DNA from: an uncultured Chthonomonadaceae bacterium
GTDB lineage: Bacteria > Armatimonadota > Chthonomonadetes > Chthonomonadales > Chthonomonadaceae
DNA: 64,000 nt
NCBI GenBank assembly: GCA_963835065.1
Contig: CAWIEK010000049.1
Coordinates: 448,001 to 512,000 of the forward strand
Reading direction: 5' to 3'
Shown here in pieces: positions 1-9,839 of the stretch. Numbering within the stretch: the stretch's first letter is position 1; each line of letters opens with the position of its first letter. Below the pieces are notes generated by a model. It was not told the DNA's origin and did no database searches. It was given only the letters and a program-made list of their open reading frames with translations. The position numbers and the translations under genes are program-made.

Positions 1-960
1 AAAGGCTGCCGTCCATCCGCCAAAAAGACCGCCCGCAAGCGCCAACACAAACGGCAGATTGGGCATACGGCGCGAGATGAGCCAACCGAAGACGCCTCCC
101 AATACCAGCCACCCCACGTAGCGCCCAAACTCTATGGAAACAAAGGGCACATACGCCGACAGCAGGCTGAAAAGCAACTGGCCGCTCATGCCCGCCAGCA
201 AGCCGAATAACGCGCCCCATCCGAGTAATCGCCAGAGCGCGGCAGGTGTCAGCAAACGCTTTTTATAGTAGCGGCGGAAGAACAGGAATTGTCCCATCCC
301 CACCGCGCCTGTAAACAGCAAGGCCAGCAGCGCCATCCAGATTCCGGTAATCAAGGCCGCGCGCAATAGTGCCGGCAGTAAACTAGTAAGGCCATAATTG
401 TCACCGGATGTGTTGAATTCGTAGACCTTCAGAAACGACTGACCGTGCAGAGTATAGACCAGAGAACCGCGTACTTCGTGCTGTCGGCCTTTTTCCAGAA
501 TGTTTACGGTAAAAGGCGTCGGGTCGGGGTCGTTGTTGTTGCGGAAGTGATCCACATACACCTGATACTTGCCGGGCGGGGCGCTCCCATAAGGCCACCG
601 GATATTCTCCACGGGCTGCGTCGTCAACTTGGTGGGGTCGGAATTGCTGTCCACGTCCAGAGTGCCGCCCGAGCGCGATCTCTTGTTCTTAAAGGAAATA
701 TGTTCGCCATACGGATCCACGCAAGACAAATCCAAATCGTTGCGGTTGTTCCACGACAGGGATATTTGCACATCGCCCGACTGCCCGCCCGCCCGTTCCA
801 AACGCTCCGATAGTTCGCTGCGCATGATTAACACGGGCGAGGCGCGGTCATCCAGATTGGAAGCCAGATGAATGTACCGGAAAAACCATTCCAGACCGCC
901 CGCCATCGTCAGGCAGGCCAGCGCGCCGATCAGGGCAAACAGCAGGCGAAATCGAAACAT
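1..960 (-). CDS. Membrane protein with DUF2135/YfaP-like domain and Gly-rich TM helices (runs off left edge)
   Basis: Hand translation (not in the ORF track because no stop lies in the window): MFRFRLLFALIG...VQISLSWNNRNDLDLSCVDPYGEHISF...GGTLDVDSN...VENIRWPYGSAPPGKYQVYVDHF, then several hydrophobic helices. ATG overlaps the upstream TGA (TGATG). Confidence 0.7.
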   Translation of the reverse strand, partial: MFRFRLLFALIGALACLTMAGGLEWFFRYIHLASNLDDRASPVLIMRSELSERLERAGGQSGDVQISLSWNNRNDLDLSCVDPYGEHISFKNKRSRSGGTLDVDSNSDPTKLTTQPVENIRWPYGSAPPGKYQVYVDHFRNNNDPDPTPFTVNILEKGRQHEVRGSLVYTLHGQSFLKVYEFNTSGDNYGLTSLLPALLRAALITGIWMALLALLFTGAVGMGQFLFFRRYYKKRLLTPAALWRLLGWGALFGLLAGMSGQLLFSLLSAYVPFVSIEFGRYVGWLVLGGVFGWLISRRMPNLPFVLALAGGLFGGWTAAF

Positions 961-2894
961 CAGTGTTGTGTCCGGGGATCGCGGCGGCTCCCCCCATCCC
1001 GCGGGCTGGAAGGCTGTCCAAAATCAGGAAGCGAGGAGGGATGCAGCGTGGAGCCGTTGCCGAAGGTCCAGCGATTGGAAGCCGCTTCCGCGCTTTGCGT
1101 CGGCTGCGGACGGCGCGGCAGCGGCTCGTGAACGTCAATCAATTCCTCAATGGACTGCTGCAAGCGCGCGGCCTCGCCCACCGCCGCCGCCCGCGCTTCG
1201 CGTCTTCGCGTTTGCATTCCTGCGGGGAGTTCCACATTCAGGGCGCGCGTTCGTTGCTCTTCCAGATTGTGCAGATGCAGGCGCGTTCGCGTCAGGTTTG
1301 ATTCTATTTGCTCGACGGTGTACGCATGGTGAAACGCCGTTTGCACGTCTGGCTGCGCCCGCCGCTCGTCCAGCCAGGCGCGCTGCCGATGCGTCAGCCA
1401 CGCTTCGCGCAAATGCGTTTCGTTCTCGCTCCACCCTTTCGCCGTTTTATAGCCGAGATACGGGCCGCTGATCAGCGTACCAATGACAAGATAGACGATA
1501 AGCGGCAGTTCTTCCGAAGTGGGAATAGGAGCGGCAACGGCAGGCTGCGCGTTCGCAGAGGATGTGCGCCCATTTCCTGTAGAAGTATTCGCGGCAGAAC
1601 TGGAAGAAGAACTTGCGGGAGTAGTTACGGGCGTACCTTTGAAGCGATTTTGCCGAGCGATTTGCTGCTGATGCAGTTGACGGATGCCCAATCCCTCCGC
1701 CGTCACTTCCGCCACGCCCAGGCCGAGCGCAATTACGAGCAGCACAATCGCAATGCCCATGTTGCTTTGAAAGCGGGGCACATTGGGCTTATGCGCCAAA
1801 TCCGGGTCGCGGGTTTCCAAACTGCGCGCCAATGTCGCAACAGCCGTATGGAATAATTCACCCATCAGGTACACGATTACGAAGCCAAGCGCGCCGGACA
1901 GCGCCAATTGCGGCGCGCTGTCGGAACGCTGCAAGGTATCAATGTCCAGAATACCGACGAGCGTACCCAAACACAGCGCCAGCATCATGCCCGCTACCAG
2001 CGGAGCCAGAAACTGCATGAAGAACGACAAAATTTTTGCCAGCGTATCGTTATGCCCGACCGGGCCGACGCCATACTCGCCCGCCATTTCCTGCAAGGTG
2101 GGAACCGCATCGTTGAGCGCGTCTTCCACTACCTGCGGATTGATGCGGCCAATCGGCGCGTCATTAAGCGCGTTTTCGTCCGGCTCCGGCTCGTCATTGC
2201 GGCGACGGCGCGAACGGGAAGGCGTGACGAGGGGCGCGGGCGCGGCCACTTCGCAATGCAGGCCGGCGCGGGCGGCGGACTCGGCAAAAGCGTTTTGCGC
2301 CGTCAGCAGGTTCAATTCCAGTTCCTGCCCCTGCGCATTCAGGCGAACCACGTCCGCGTCAATACGCTGGATTTCGCGCTCGGCCTGTTCCCGTATGCGG
2401 GCAAACTGTGCCTGCGCTTCCTGCTCGACGTGCGCCTGTTCTTCGGCGGTCGCTGCGGCGCGAGTCCGGTAATTCCAGCGCAGCATCCACGCGCGCTTGG
2501 GCTGCTGCGGCAGCATCTCCCCGAACTCCGCCAGCATTTCCGACGCCTGATTGTCCGCCTCGGAACTGTGCGGAAGCGGCGGCACAAACCAGTTCAACTC
2601 GTCCTGTTCCGACAGCGAACTGTTCCAGAACAGGGATGGCGACCGGACGGCTTGTGGCTCTGCATTGTTTGAATTGGTGGAAGTTGCCATGCCCCGCTCC
2701 TCCGGCAATCGCCGCGTCGGCCCATACGCGGACGCTCCCGCGCTCCCCGTTCCCGGAGACATGCGCGCGGCTTCTTCCGCGCCCACCGGCGTCAGAACCC
2801 GCGCCGCCTCTGCCCCCACGTCTAAGGGATGATGCCCATTCCCGGCCACAACCGCCATTTCCGGCAATTCGGCGTCGCGCATATTGTCATCCAT
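960..2894 (-). CDS. Hypothetical membrane protein, about 4 TM helices flanked by coiled-coil regions
   Basis: 644-aa ORF with hydrophobic segments (FLAPLVAGMMLALCLG, ALGFVIVYLMG, IAIVLLVIALGLG, LIVYLVIGTLISG), E/Q/R-rich heptad regions and a GAGG RBS. Confidence 0.7.
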   Translation of the reverse strand: MDDNMRDAELPEMAVVAGNGHHPLDVGAEAARVLTPVGAEEAARMSPGTGSAGASAYGPTRRLPEERGMATSTNSNNAEPQAVRSPSLFWNSSLSEQDELNWFVPPLPHSSEADNQASEMLAEFGEMLPQQPKRAWMLRWNYRTRAAATAEEQAHVEQEAQAQFARIREQAEREIQRIDADVVRLNAQGQELELNLLTAQNAFAESAARAGLHCEVAAPAPLVTPSRSRRRRNDEPEPDENALNDAPIGRINPQVVEDALNDAVPTLQEMAGEYGVGPVGHNDTLAKILSFFMQFLAPLVAGMMLALCLGTLVGILDIDTLQRSDSAPQLALSGALGFVIVYLMGELFHTAVATLARSLETRDPDLAHKPNVPRFQSNMGIAIVLLVIALGLGVAEVTAEGLGIRQLHQQQIARQNRFKGTPVTTPASSSSSSAANTSTGNGRTSSANAQPAVAAPIPTSEELPLIVYLVIGTLISGPYLGYKTAKGWSENETHLREAWLTHRQRAWLDERRAQPDVQTAFHHAYTVEQIESNLTRTRLHLHNLEEQRTRALNVELPAGMQTRRREARAAAVGEAARLQQSIEELIDVHEPLPRRPQPTQSAEAASNRWTFGNGSTLHPSSLPDFGQPSSPRDGGSRRDPRTQH

Positions 2895-2908
2895 GGCGTA
2901 AATCCTCG

Positions 2909-3021
2909 GGAGGCATCAGGCATTAGGCATTAGGCATTAGGAAAAAGTCGTGTCCGCTACTTGTACTCCATCTGACACAACCTGCTATACTAATGCCTAA
3001 TGCCTAATGCCTAATGCCTCC
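2909..3021. repeat. Inverted heptamer-array element (AGGCATT)4 ... (AATGCCT)4
   Basis: Tandem arrays at 2911-2941 and 2990-3021 are reverse complements around a ~48-nt spacer. Confidence 0.9.
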
Positions 3022-3023
3022 TC

Positions 3024-3752
3024 CTACTTCTTCTCAATCAGCGCCCGAAACTTGTTCAGGCCGTCCAGCGCGTCGCCGTTGCTGGAAATCACCAGGCGGC
3101 TGCCTAAAATGGAACCCAAGCGGCGTTCCAGCGTGGAGCGGAAGCCGTTTTCTGTGGACGCGCCCGCGAACCAGACGGCTTTCACGTTGCTGTGGTCGGC
3201 GATCTTCTGCGCGGCCTGTTCTTCGGCCTTTTTGTTGGTGTCCGTGTCTTCGCCATCCGTGAGCAGCAGGCAGGCGACGTTTTCGCCTTTGGCTTGCGCG
3301 GCCTGAATTGCCGTTTCCATTTCGTTCAGCGCTTTGGCGGGCAGGGTTCCCTGCGCGTCCTGATGATGGGCGATGCACTGATCTTCGTCCGGCCACATAT
3401 CCTCGGATTTGCGCGGCGTTTTGTCGCTGATCTCGTGCGCGTTCACATCGAATGCCCACAACTGTATTTCCGTGCCTTTGGGCAAGGCTCCGTCAATGGT
3501 GTTGTCCAGTACGCCGAACAGTTTTTGCCGGTCGCCTTTGCCGACGCTGTTGGTCACGTCCGCCGCGACGAGCAGATGCAGTTTCGTGCCGGGGGAGCGG
3601 TTGCCAAGCAGAAAGAAAGCGGCCAGTCCTAGGACGGCGATCAGGCCGACGGCGGAAAGCGCGGCAAGGGTATCATTGGATTTGTTGCCCGATGGGTGGC
3701 GGTTATCGCGGCGAGCGTAGGGGCGACCGTTGGCATTCCGGCTGGGTGGCAT
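3024..3752 (-). CDS. Membrane-anchored vWA-like domain protein
   Basis: N-terminal TM helix; LLVAADVTNS (MIDAS-like DxT/SxS), QGT and LLLTDGED motifs of the vWA fold. Confidence 0.65.
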   Translation of the reverse strand: MPPSRNANGRPYARRDNRHPSGNKSNDTLAALSAVGLIAVLGLAAFFLLGNRSPGTKLHLLVAADVTNSVGKGDRQKLFGVLDNTIDGALPKGTEIQLWAFDVNAHEISDKTPRKSEDMWPDEDQCIAHHQDAQGTLPAKALNEMETAIQAAQAKGENVACLLLTDGEDTDTNKKAEEQAAQKIADHSNVKAVWFAGASTENGFRSTLERRLGSILGSRLVISSNGDALDGLNKFRALIEKK

Positions 3753-4187
3753 GAAAAATCTCCCAAAGTCAAATTTAGCGCCCAAAACAGGGGCGGCAAA
3801 AGGTGAAATCTAACAGGCGGCAACGGCAAAATCAGATTGGAAAGCCAACACAGGATGAATATCAGCCGTCAGCAGCGACAAGCGTGTTGTAATTGCCACA
3901 GTATAACACGTTAAGGCCATATCCGCAAGTTCAGGCCGTGTCGGACACGGTACAGACGCGCCTTGCCTTTCATTATGCAGCCTCTATTTGCCTAATACGC
4001 GCCAAAGGCAAGGCAGGGTTCTCCATTTTGTAATTTCTGCGATACCTGTTTGTTCTTATCGGAGATTTGCCGGGTATTTTGCACTTTGCAGGGAAGTTCG
4101 CGCCCGATGGCGAAACCAACATTATAATGGCGGACGTCTAAACTTGCGATTGACGGACGGCTAAACCTGTGAACAAAGGGGAACATC

Positions 4188-6014
4188 GTGGCGGAACCGG
4201 AACCGAATTGGCGCAGCAAATGGGACGAAGACTGTCCTCTCACCATCGGCGTAGCCTTGCAGAATTGGGAACAGTGGTCGGATACTGCCCTGCGCGACGA
4301 ACTGAAGCGCATCCGCGATACCGGCTTTACGGCAGTGCGCGTACACTTTGACCGCGACAACGACATTGAAAAAATGGCGGGCATGTTGAACTGGCGTAAT
4401 CCCGACCGCTTTTTTGATGCCGCAGAACAAGCCGGATTAAAAGTCTGGTGCGCGCCGGGCAATCTGCCGCATCGAAGTTTAGATCCGCGCCAAAGTTTAG
4501 ACATATCTTCTGATATTGAAAATTGGGAAGACAGCGCGTTGGCGGATACTGTTCGATGGATACAGCGTTTTTGTCGCCAGTATCGCAGCCATCCGGCACT
4601 GTTGGCATGGCTAATGCAATTGGACTCGTACTTCTGGTACGATGTCGGCAATGAGGAGATTAGCAAAGAGATACTGGATCAATGGCGGCTGTTACTGCGC
4701 GCCTTTCAGGACGCAACTCCTGAACATCCCGTTCTCACATTGCATCCCTATTTTCCAGATGAACCCCGTCTATTTGTGACAGAGGGTATCGGCATGGCCG
4801 ATTCCTCTGCGCTTTTCGGCATCCCCAGCCTCTTTCCTGAAAGAGGCACTCCGTTCTACATAGAATGGGACCGTTCCTTCTATGCTACTTCCCAACAGTC
4901 TACCGATATTGCCGCTTCAACCTTTTCCGTTCTCTATAACATCGAGGGCGGCTCCACAAATGACCTGATGCAGCCATTTACCATGACAAGCGGTAAAATG
5001 CAGCGCATTTTGCTGATTGCGCTGGCAGCAGGCTTCAAATCGGTTGTGTTCGACAAGTGGAAGCCGAATACAAACACAAATCATGTGGGCCAGAGCGGGT
5101 TCGTGGACTGGCTGGATCGCGTCACCCCTGCGGCACAAGCCGCAGGCCATATCGCGCTTCTGGCAGAGCATTACCATCAGGAGCTATGGCATTTACGCGC
5201 CGCGTCCCATGTGCATATTCTTCTCACGCCAGGTTCAGAATATGAACTTCGGATTGGCGCAACGCAGGCATTGCTTAATGCCAATGTGCCCTTTGCCTTC
5301 GTTACGGAGTCGTCACTGATGAACGACACGTCGCCTCTGGCTCCCGTTTTGTTTCTGCCCGGTTCCGAAAGTATTTCCGAAACGCTGTTGGCAAAGTTAA
5401 AGACTCTCGTTGAAAACGGAACGCGCCTTGTCACCGAAGTTCCCACAGGCTATTTCAATGACCGGGAAGAATTGCTCAACACACGCCCCGGCTCGCCCTT
5501 CGAGCAACTATTCGGGGTAGGTATTGCAGGTATGTTTTATGGGGAACCACCCAATCCCAAAGACACTCGCGTTTCAAGTCAGTTACGCGCTCAGATTGTC
5601 ACGACAACAGCAAGGGCAGGCGGAGGAAGCGGCGAAGTTCCCGCCTTCACCGAAAACCGCGTCGGTAAGGGGCGCGCGCTCCTGATAAACCTTCCGCTTT
5701 CTCGAATAATCTACTACGATAACCTGCCCAACGCGCAATTAAGCCTGCTATCCTACATTTTGGGCAGCAGGCAAACCGAGCTGCCGGGACTGACCGGCTG
5801 TTTGCAGTTCCGCCGCCAAAGCCAGAACGCCGAACACATATTCCTCCTCAACGACAGCGCTCAGGAGCGTACCGTTTCCGTTTCTGTCGCCCCGTCGTTC
5901 CCAAACGTCACGGATGTTCTTGCCGACACAACGTTAGCCGTTACCGAAGGAAACGTTAGCGTCACCGTTCCCGCCGGTTCAGGCGTCTGGCTTCGCCTGT
6001 CTGCATCCGGCTAA
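4188..6014 (+). CDS. GH42/GH5-like glycoside hydrolase with trimerization-type domain
   Basis: W...LRDELKRIRDTGFTAVRV, DRFFDAAEQAGLKV and YRSHPALLAW TIM-barrel motifs; C-terminal GATase-like region (VLFLPG...LVENGTRLV, ENRVGKGRALLI). Confidence 0.65.
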   Translation: MAEPEPNWRSKWDEDCPLTIGVALQNWEQWSDTALRDELKRIRDTGFTAVRVHFDRDNDIEKMAGMLNWRNPDRFFDAAEQAGLKVWCAPGNLPHRSLDPRQSLDISSDIENWEDSALADTVRWIQRFCRQYRSHPALLAWLMQLDSYFWYDVGNEEISKEILDQWRLLLRAFQDATPEHPVLTLHPYFPDEPRLFVTEGIGMADSSALFGIPSLFPERGTPFYIEWDRSFYATSQQSTDIAASTFSVLYNIEGGSTNDLMQPFTMTSGKMQRILLIALAAGFKSVVFDKWKPNTNTNHVGQSGFVDWLDRVTPAAQAAGHIALLAEHYHQELWHLRAASHVHILLTPGSEYELRIGATQALLNANVPFAFVTESSLMNDTSPLAPVLFLPGSESISETLLAKLKTLVENGTRLVTEVPTGYFNDREELLNTRPGSPFEQLFGVGIAGMFYGEPPNPKDTRVSSQLRAQIVTTTARAGGGSGEVPAFTENRVGKGRALLINLPLSRIIYYDNLPNAQLSLLSYILGSRQTELPGLTGCLQFRRQSQNAEHIFLLNDSAQERTVSVSVAPSFPNVTDVLADTTLAVTEGNVSVTVPAGSGVWLRLSASG

Positions 6015-6039
6015 TACTCCGTCAAGAATGAACGATCCG

Positions 6040-6137
6040 GTAGGGGCGCTGCTAGCTGCGCCTTCGTTTGAGGAGTTGCGTCCTCGTTTGAACGAGGCGG
6101 CAGGATATGAGGAGGGTTCAGCAAGCAGAACACCTAC
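6040..6137. repeat. GTAG-family REP doublet (inverted pair)
   Basis: GTAGGGGCGCTGCTAGCTGCGCCTTC at left; the reverse complement of the right end is GTAGGTGTTCTGCTTGCTGAACCCTC. Confidence 0.75.
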
Positions 6138-6181
6138 AAAGCACTCTGTTTCGCGTTACTTCCAAGTTCGAGGAGAAGATC

Positions 6182-6949
6182 ATGTTTGGGTTACGCTATA
6201 TTCCTCTGATGCTTGTTATTGCCCTGTGCAGCGCGTGTGCGCCCGTGCTTGCGCAAGGCGACATGCCGGTCACTTCGGCTACGCCTGCGCCCAAAACCGC
6301 GCCGCAGAACGACGAGTACGCGGTCCGCCACCGGTCTCTTCCCACCCTATATATGCAGGAAGCGTTTTCCAAAAACAACGCCGCCCTGCTGCTGCATCGA
6401 GCGGATGTGCGGCGTGAACTGCGCATCACAGACAAGCAGAACACGGCGATAAGTCCGCTATTGGACAATGCTTTTCAGGGAGCGCTCAATCAGGACGGGC
6501 TGGATCAGCTAATGAAAATCCTGTCGCCCAAACAGATGCAGCGGCTTCAGGAGTTGGATTCACAATGGCGCGGCCTGTTCCTCCTGTACAACCCCGATGT
6601 CGCAAAACAGTTTGCAATTACCGACGCCCAAAACATGGAATTTGCGCGTATCTATACCCAACTGACAACGAGCATTCGGGAGGAGATCGGAGGGCTTCGC
6701 AAAATAGCCCAGGTCTACGACGAAAAATATCCGCGTCAACAAGGCCCCATTCCCTCCGACGCCAAAGCGCGGATGCAGCAGGAAATCGCGGCGGAGGAAG
6801 GGAAGGTGTCGCAGCAAATAACTTCCGACATCGTAAAGGCGGAAAACCAACTCCTGCCGCTTCTCACGGCACCACAGAAGAAACAATGGAAAAGCCTGCT
6901 CGGTAAACCGTTCGTGTTCAAGGTACGCGACACCAAGAGACTGTCTTAG
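6182..6949 (+). CDS. Exported helical protein with Spy/CpxP-like LTxxQ repeats
   Basis: AGGAG RBS, signal peptide, repeated ELRITDKQ / ILSPKQ / FAITDAQ / LLTAPQKKQW motifs. Confidence 0.65.
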   Translation: MFGLRYIPLMLVIALCSACAPVLAQGDMPVTSATPAPKTAPQNDEYAVRHRSLPTLYMQEAFSKNNAALLLHRADVRRELRITDKQNTAISPLLDNAFQGALNQDGLDQLMKILSPKQMQRLQELDSQWRGLFLLYNPDVAKQFAITDAQNMEFARIYTQLTTSIREEIGGLRKIAQVYDEKYPRQQGPIPSDAKARMQQEIAAEEGKVSQQITSDIVKAENQLLPLLTAPQKKQWKSLLGKPFVFKVRDTKRLS

Positions 6950-7074
6950 ATTTGAAATTTACCCCAAGTAAGGCAGGAGTTGCCGGTAATTATACCGAAT
7001 AAACGCTATAAGTCATCGTTCATCTACAGTGAGAACCGTTGAAGCCAATACGGATAAGTTAGAAAGCAACGCCC

Positions 7075-9777
7075 ATGCGAAGTCGAAGTCTTCAAATCGT
7101 TATCATCGTAATAGCCTGCTGTTTCACCATGCAGTCGCTTGTTGTTGGGCAGAATACCGCGCAGCAACCACACCAACAAGATGCAGCGAAACTACTAAAA
7201 GATATGAAGTCAAGAGACAATAACATTCGCAGCAATGCTGCTCTTGCATTGGAAGAACTGGATTTTCCTATTTCCTCTTCCATCCCGGCTCTTGTTGAAG
7301 CACTCAAGGATAAAGATACGGGAGTACGTCGAGTTACCGCTATCACTCTCGGCAAGATGGGAACATCCGCTGCTTCTGCTGCTCCTGCTCTGATTGAAGC
7401 ACTTAAGGATAAAGACACGAATGTTCGTTAGTTTTCTCCTCTGCCGCCTATGCCCTGAAGTCACATTAGGGCTCCGTTCGCATCTGTTATTCCTTGCATC
7501 ATAGAGTTCTCAAAGACAGCAACAGCAAAGTTCGTAAATTTCCGCAATACTGCTCTTGGATTTTACGGTACTCTTTCCGAACGTGTGGTTCCTATGCTTA
7601 TTAACTCCCTAAAGGACACGGATAATGAAGTTCGCGTTGCTTCTGTTTACGCACTGGCAAGAATTGGTAGCCGCGCTTCCTCAGCTATTCCTGCTCTAAT
7701 AGAGACGCTCAAGGACAGTGATATAAGCGTCCGCGATAGTGTCATCAACGCACTAGGAAATATAGGAAGTGACAATTTGATTGTCATCCCTCCGCTCCTT
7801 GAAGTGTTTACTGACAAGAATGGTGGTTTTCGTATTTCTTCCGCCGGAGTGTTAGCGCAGGTAGCGAATAGCATTGGAAACAAATCTAGCACCCTGTCTA
7901 TTACCAGCTTAGACGAAGCCATTAGGAGCCTACAATCGGTTCTAATTACACTAGAAGCATATCACGATACCACGTCAGAAAGTGCGTTAACTCTACAAGC
8001 AGACGTTGACACCATCAAGGGAGCCATTCATACTCTTCAAAGAGAGCAGCAATTCCGTACCCGCGAACGCATGGAAGACTGGGTATCACACAACAAGATT
8101 CTCGCTGGAATAGCAGCGTATCTCCTTCTTGTATTCAGTGTGAATGGGCTGCTACTGTGGGTACTGCCTATCTGGTTGCTGTATATCAACGAGCGGTGCA
8201 AGCCGGTGCCTGATGCCGGATTGCTCGCGCCTCTCAACGGGATTAAACTACCGGTAGGCTGGTTGCTTGGCTTCGGCTTGTTGCAGTCCAACAAGCGCGT
8301 ACTGGACGCATGGGTGAAGAAATACGCTGCGACGGCCTATGATCAACTGCGCAATCAAGAGACGTTCAAACAGCGTGAAGTATACGTGGAGTTACCTGCC
8401 CTGCTGAATGAAGCGAAGTCAAGTATAACGCCCATCACATTACAGCCACTATTCAAGGGCAATAGCGCGGCTTTGCTGCTTTGGGGCGAAGGCGGAAGCG
8501 GTAAGACTACGCTCACCTGTCAGATGGCACTGTGGGCATTGGCAGAAAATCCAAGTGGGCGATTGTGCGAAACGCATCGCATGTTGCCCGTCTTCATCGA
8601 GGCGAACTTGACAGCGGATAGTCTCAAAGGCGATGCGTTGCTGCTGAATGTCATTGGGAGGTACGTTCAGCAACTTAAGGGCGAGGCCAAGCCTCCCTCG
8701 GATGACCTGCTGCGGAACCTGCTGGAAAAGAAGCGTCTGCTACTTATTGTGGATGGCCTTTCCGAATTGGACAAGCCGACCCGCGACCTCTTTCTCTCTG
8801 ATGGCGTCGCGCTTCCCATCAACGCGCTCATCGTAACCTCCCGCGCTAAAGAGAAGGTTCCTACAACAAAATCGGCAATTCTCCAGACACGTTTAGTAGG
8901 CTTCGATCAAGTAGCAGGCTTCCTGCAAAAGTACCTTACACAGTGCGGCAAGCCCGATCTCTTCACGGACAGTCAACTTTCCGCTGATCTTGCGCAATTC
9001 TATCATCTGGTGGGGCAGCGCGAAATCACCGTTCTGCTGGCGCGTCTCTACGTGGATTATCTCATAGACGCAAAGGAAAACCCCCACAACCAACGCCTGC
9101 ACAACGTTCCCGAATTGATGGATGCTTACCTGAACGAATTGTGCCGCAAGGTGGACATCGCGCCGTACCAATTGCATGAGGTACACGAGATGGCGCGTCT
9201 TATCGCGTGGGAGTCCGTGCAAACGACCTTGACGCCTGCGGAAGCAAGGTACACCTATGTAGAGAAGGCGCTTGCCGCGCCGCGCCCGGATGGCGCGGCG
9301 ACTCTCTATCAGAGTGCCCCACGCGCCGCCATTGCCTTTTTTGTGGACACGCTGCACCTGCTACAAAAGCGGGGAATGAAGGAGGAGCGTACCGCATCCG
9401 CGCTCAATCTGACCGAGGATCGCCTCAAATTCGCCCTTGATCCGCCCTCCGAATACCTTGCGGCGCGGCATCTTGTCGTCAGCCTCTACCGCGAAGACCA
9501 ATCTTGTTGGGACGCTCGGCTCGATGACGCCGGAGCAAAGTGGAAGGCAGGACAGCCCGTTTCCGGCTTTGTCCTCGCCCTATACGATACTTGGAACGCT
9601 TTCGGCAAGGACGGCAACGTCAAGAAGTATGTACTGTCGGAGATGCAGAAGCGGTTCGATTTTATCAGTCCCGCCGCCTCAACGGCGTCGCCCCACAACC
9701 ACAAAATCCGCCCGATCTACCTGCTACCGCTGTGGTCAGTGCCGTTGCTCCGCAGAAGGTTTGATTCCGTGCAGTAA
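7075..9777 (+). CDS. Signal peptide - HEAT repeats - TM - NACHT/STAND NTPase (indels at ~7430-7585)
   Basis: PALxEALKDxDxxVR HEAT/PBS-lyase repeats in both ORF pieces and in the gap between them; TM helix; Walker A GEGGSGKT; Walker B LLLIVDGLSE; LIVTSR sensor motif. Confidence 0.75.
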
Positions 9778-9839
9778 GCGTACCGTCTCAATCGCTCTGA
9801 GGAACGGCAAAACTGATTTCTACTTCTGCGCCGGACAAA

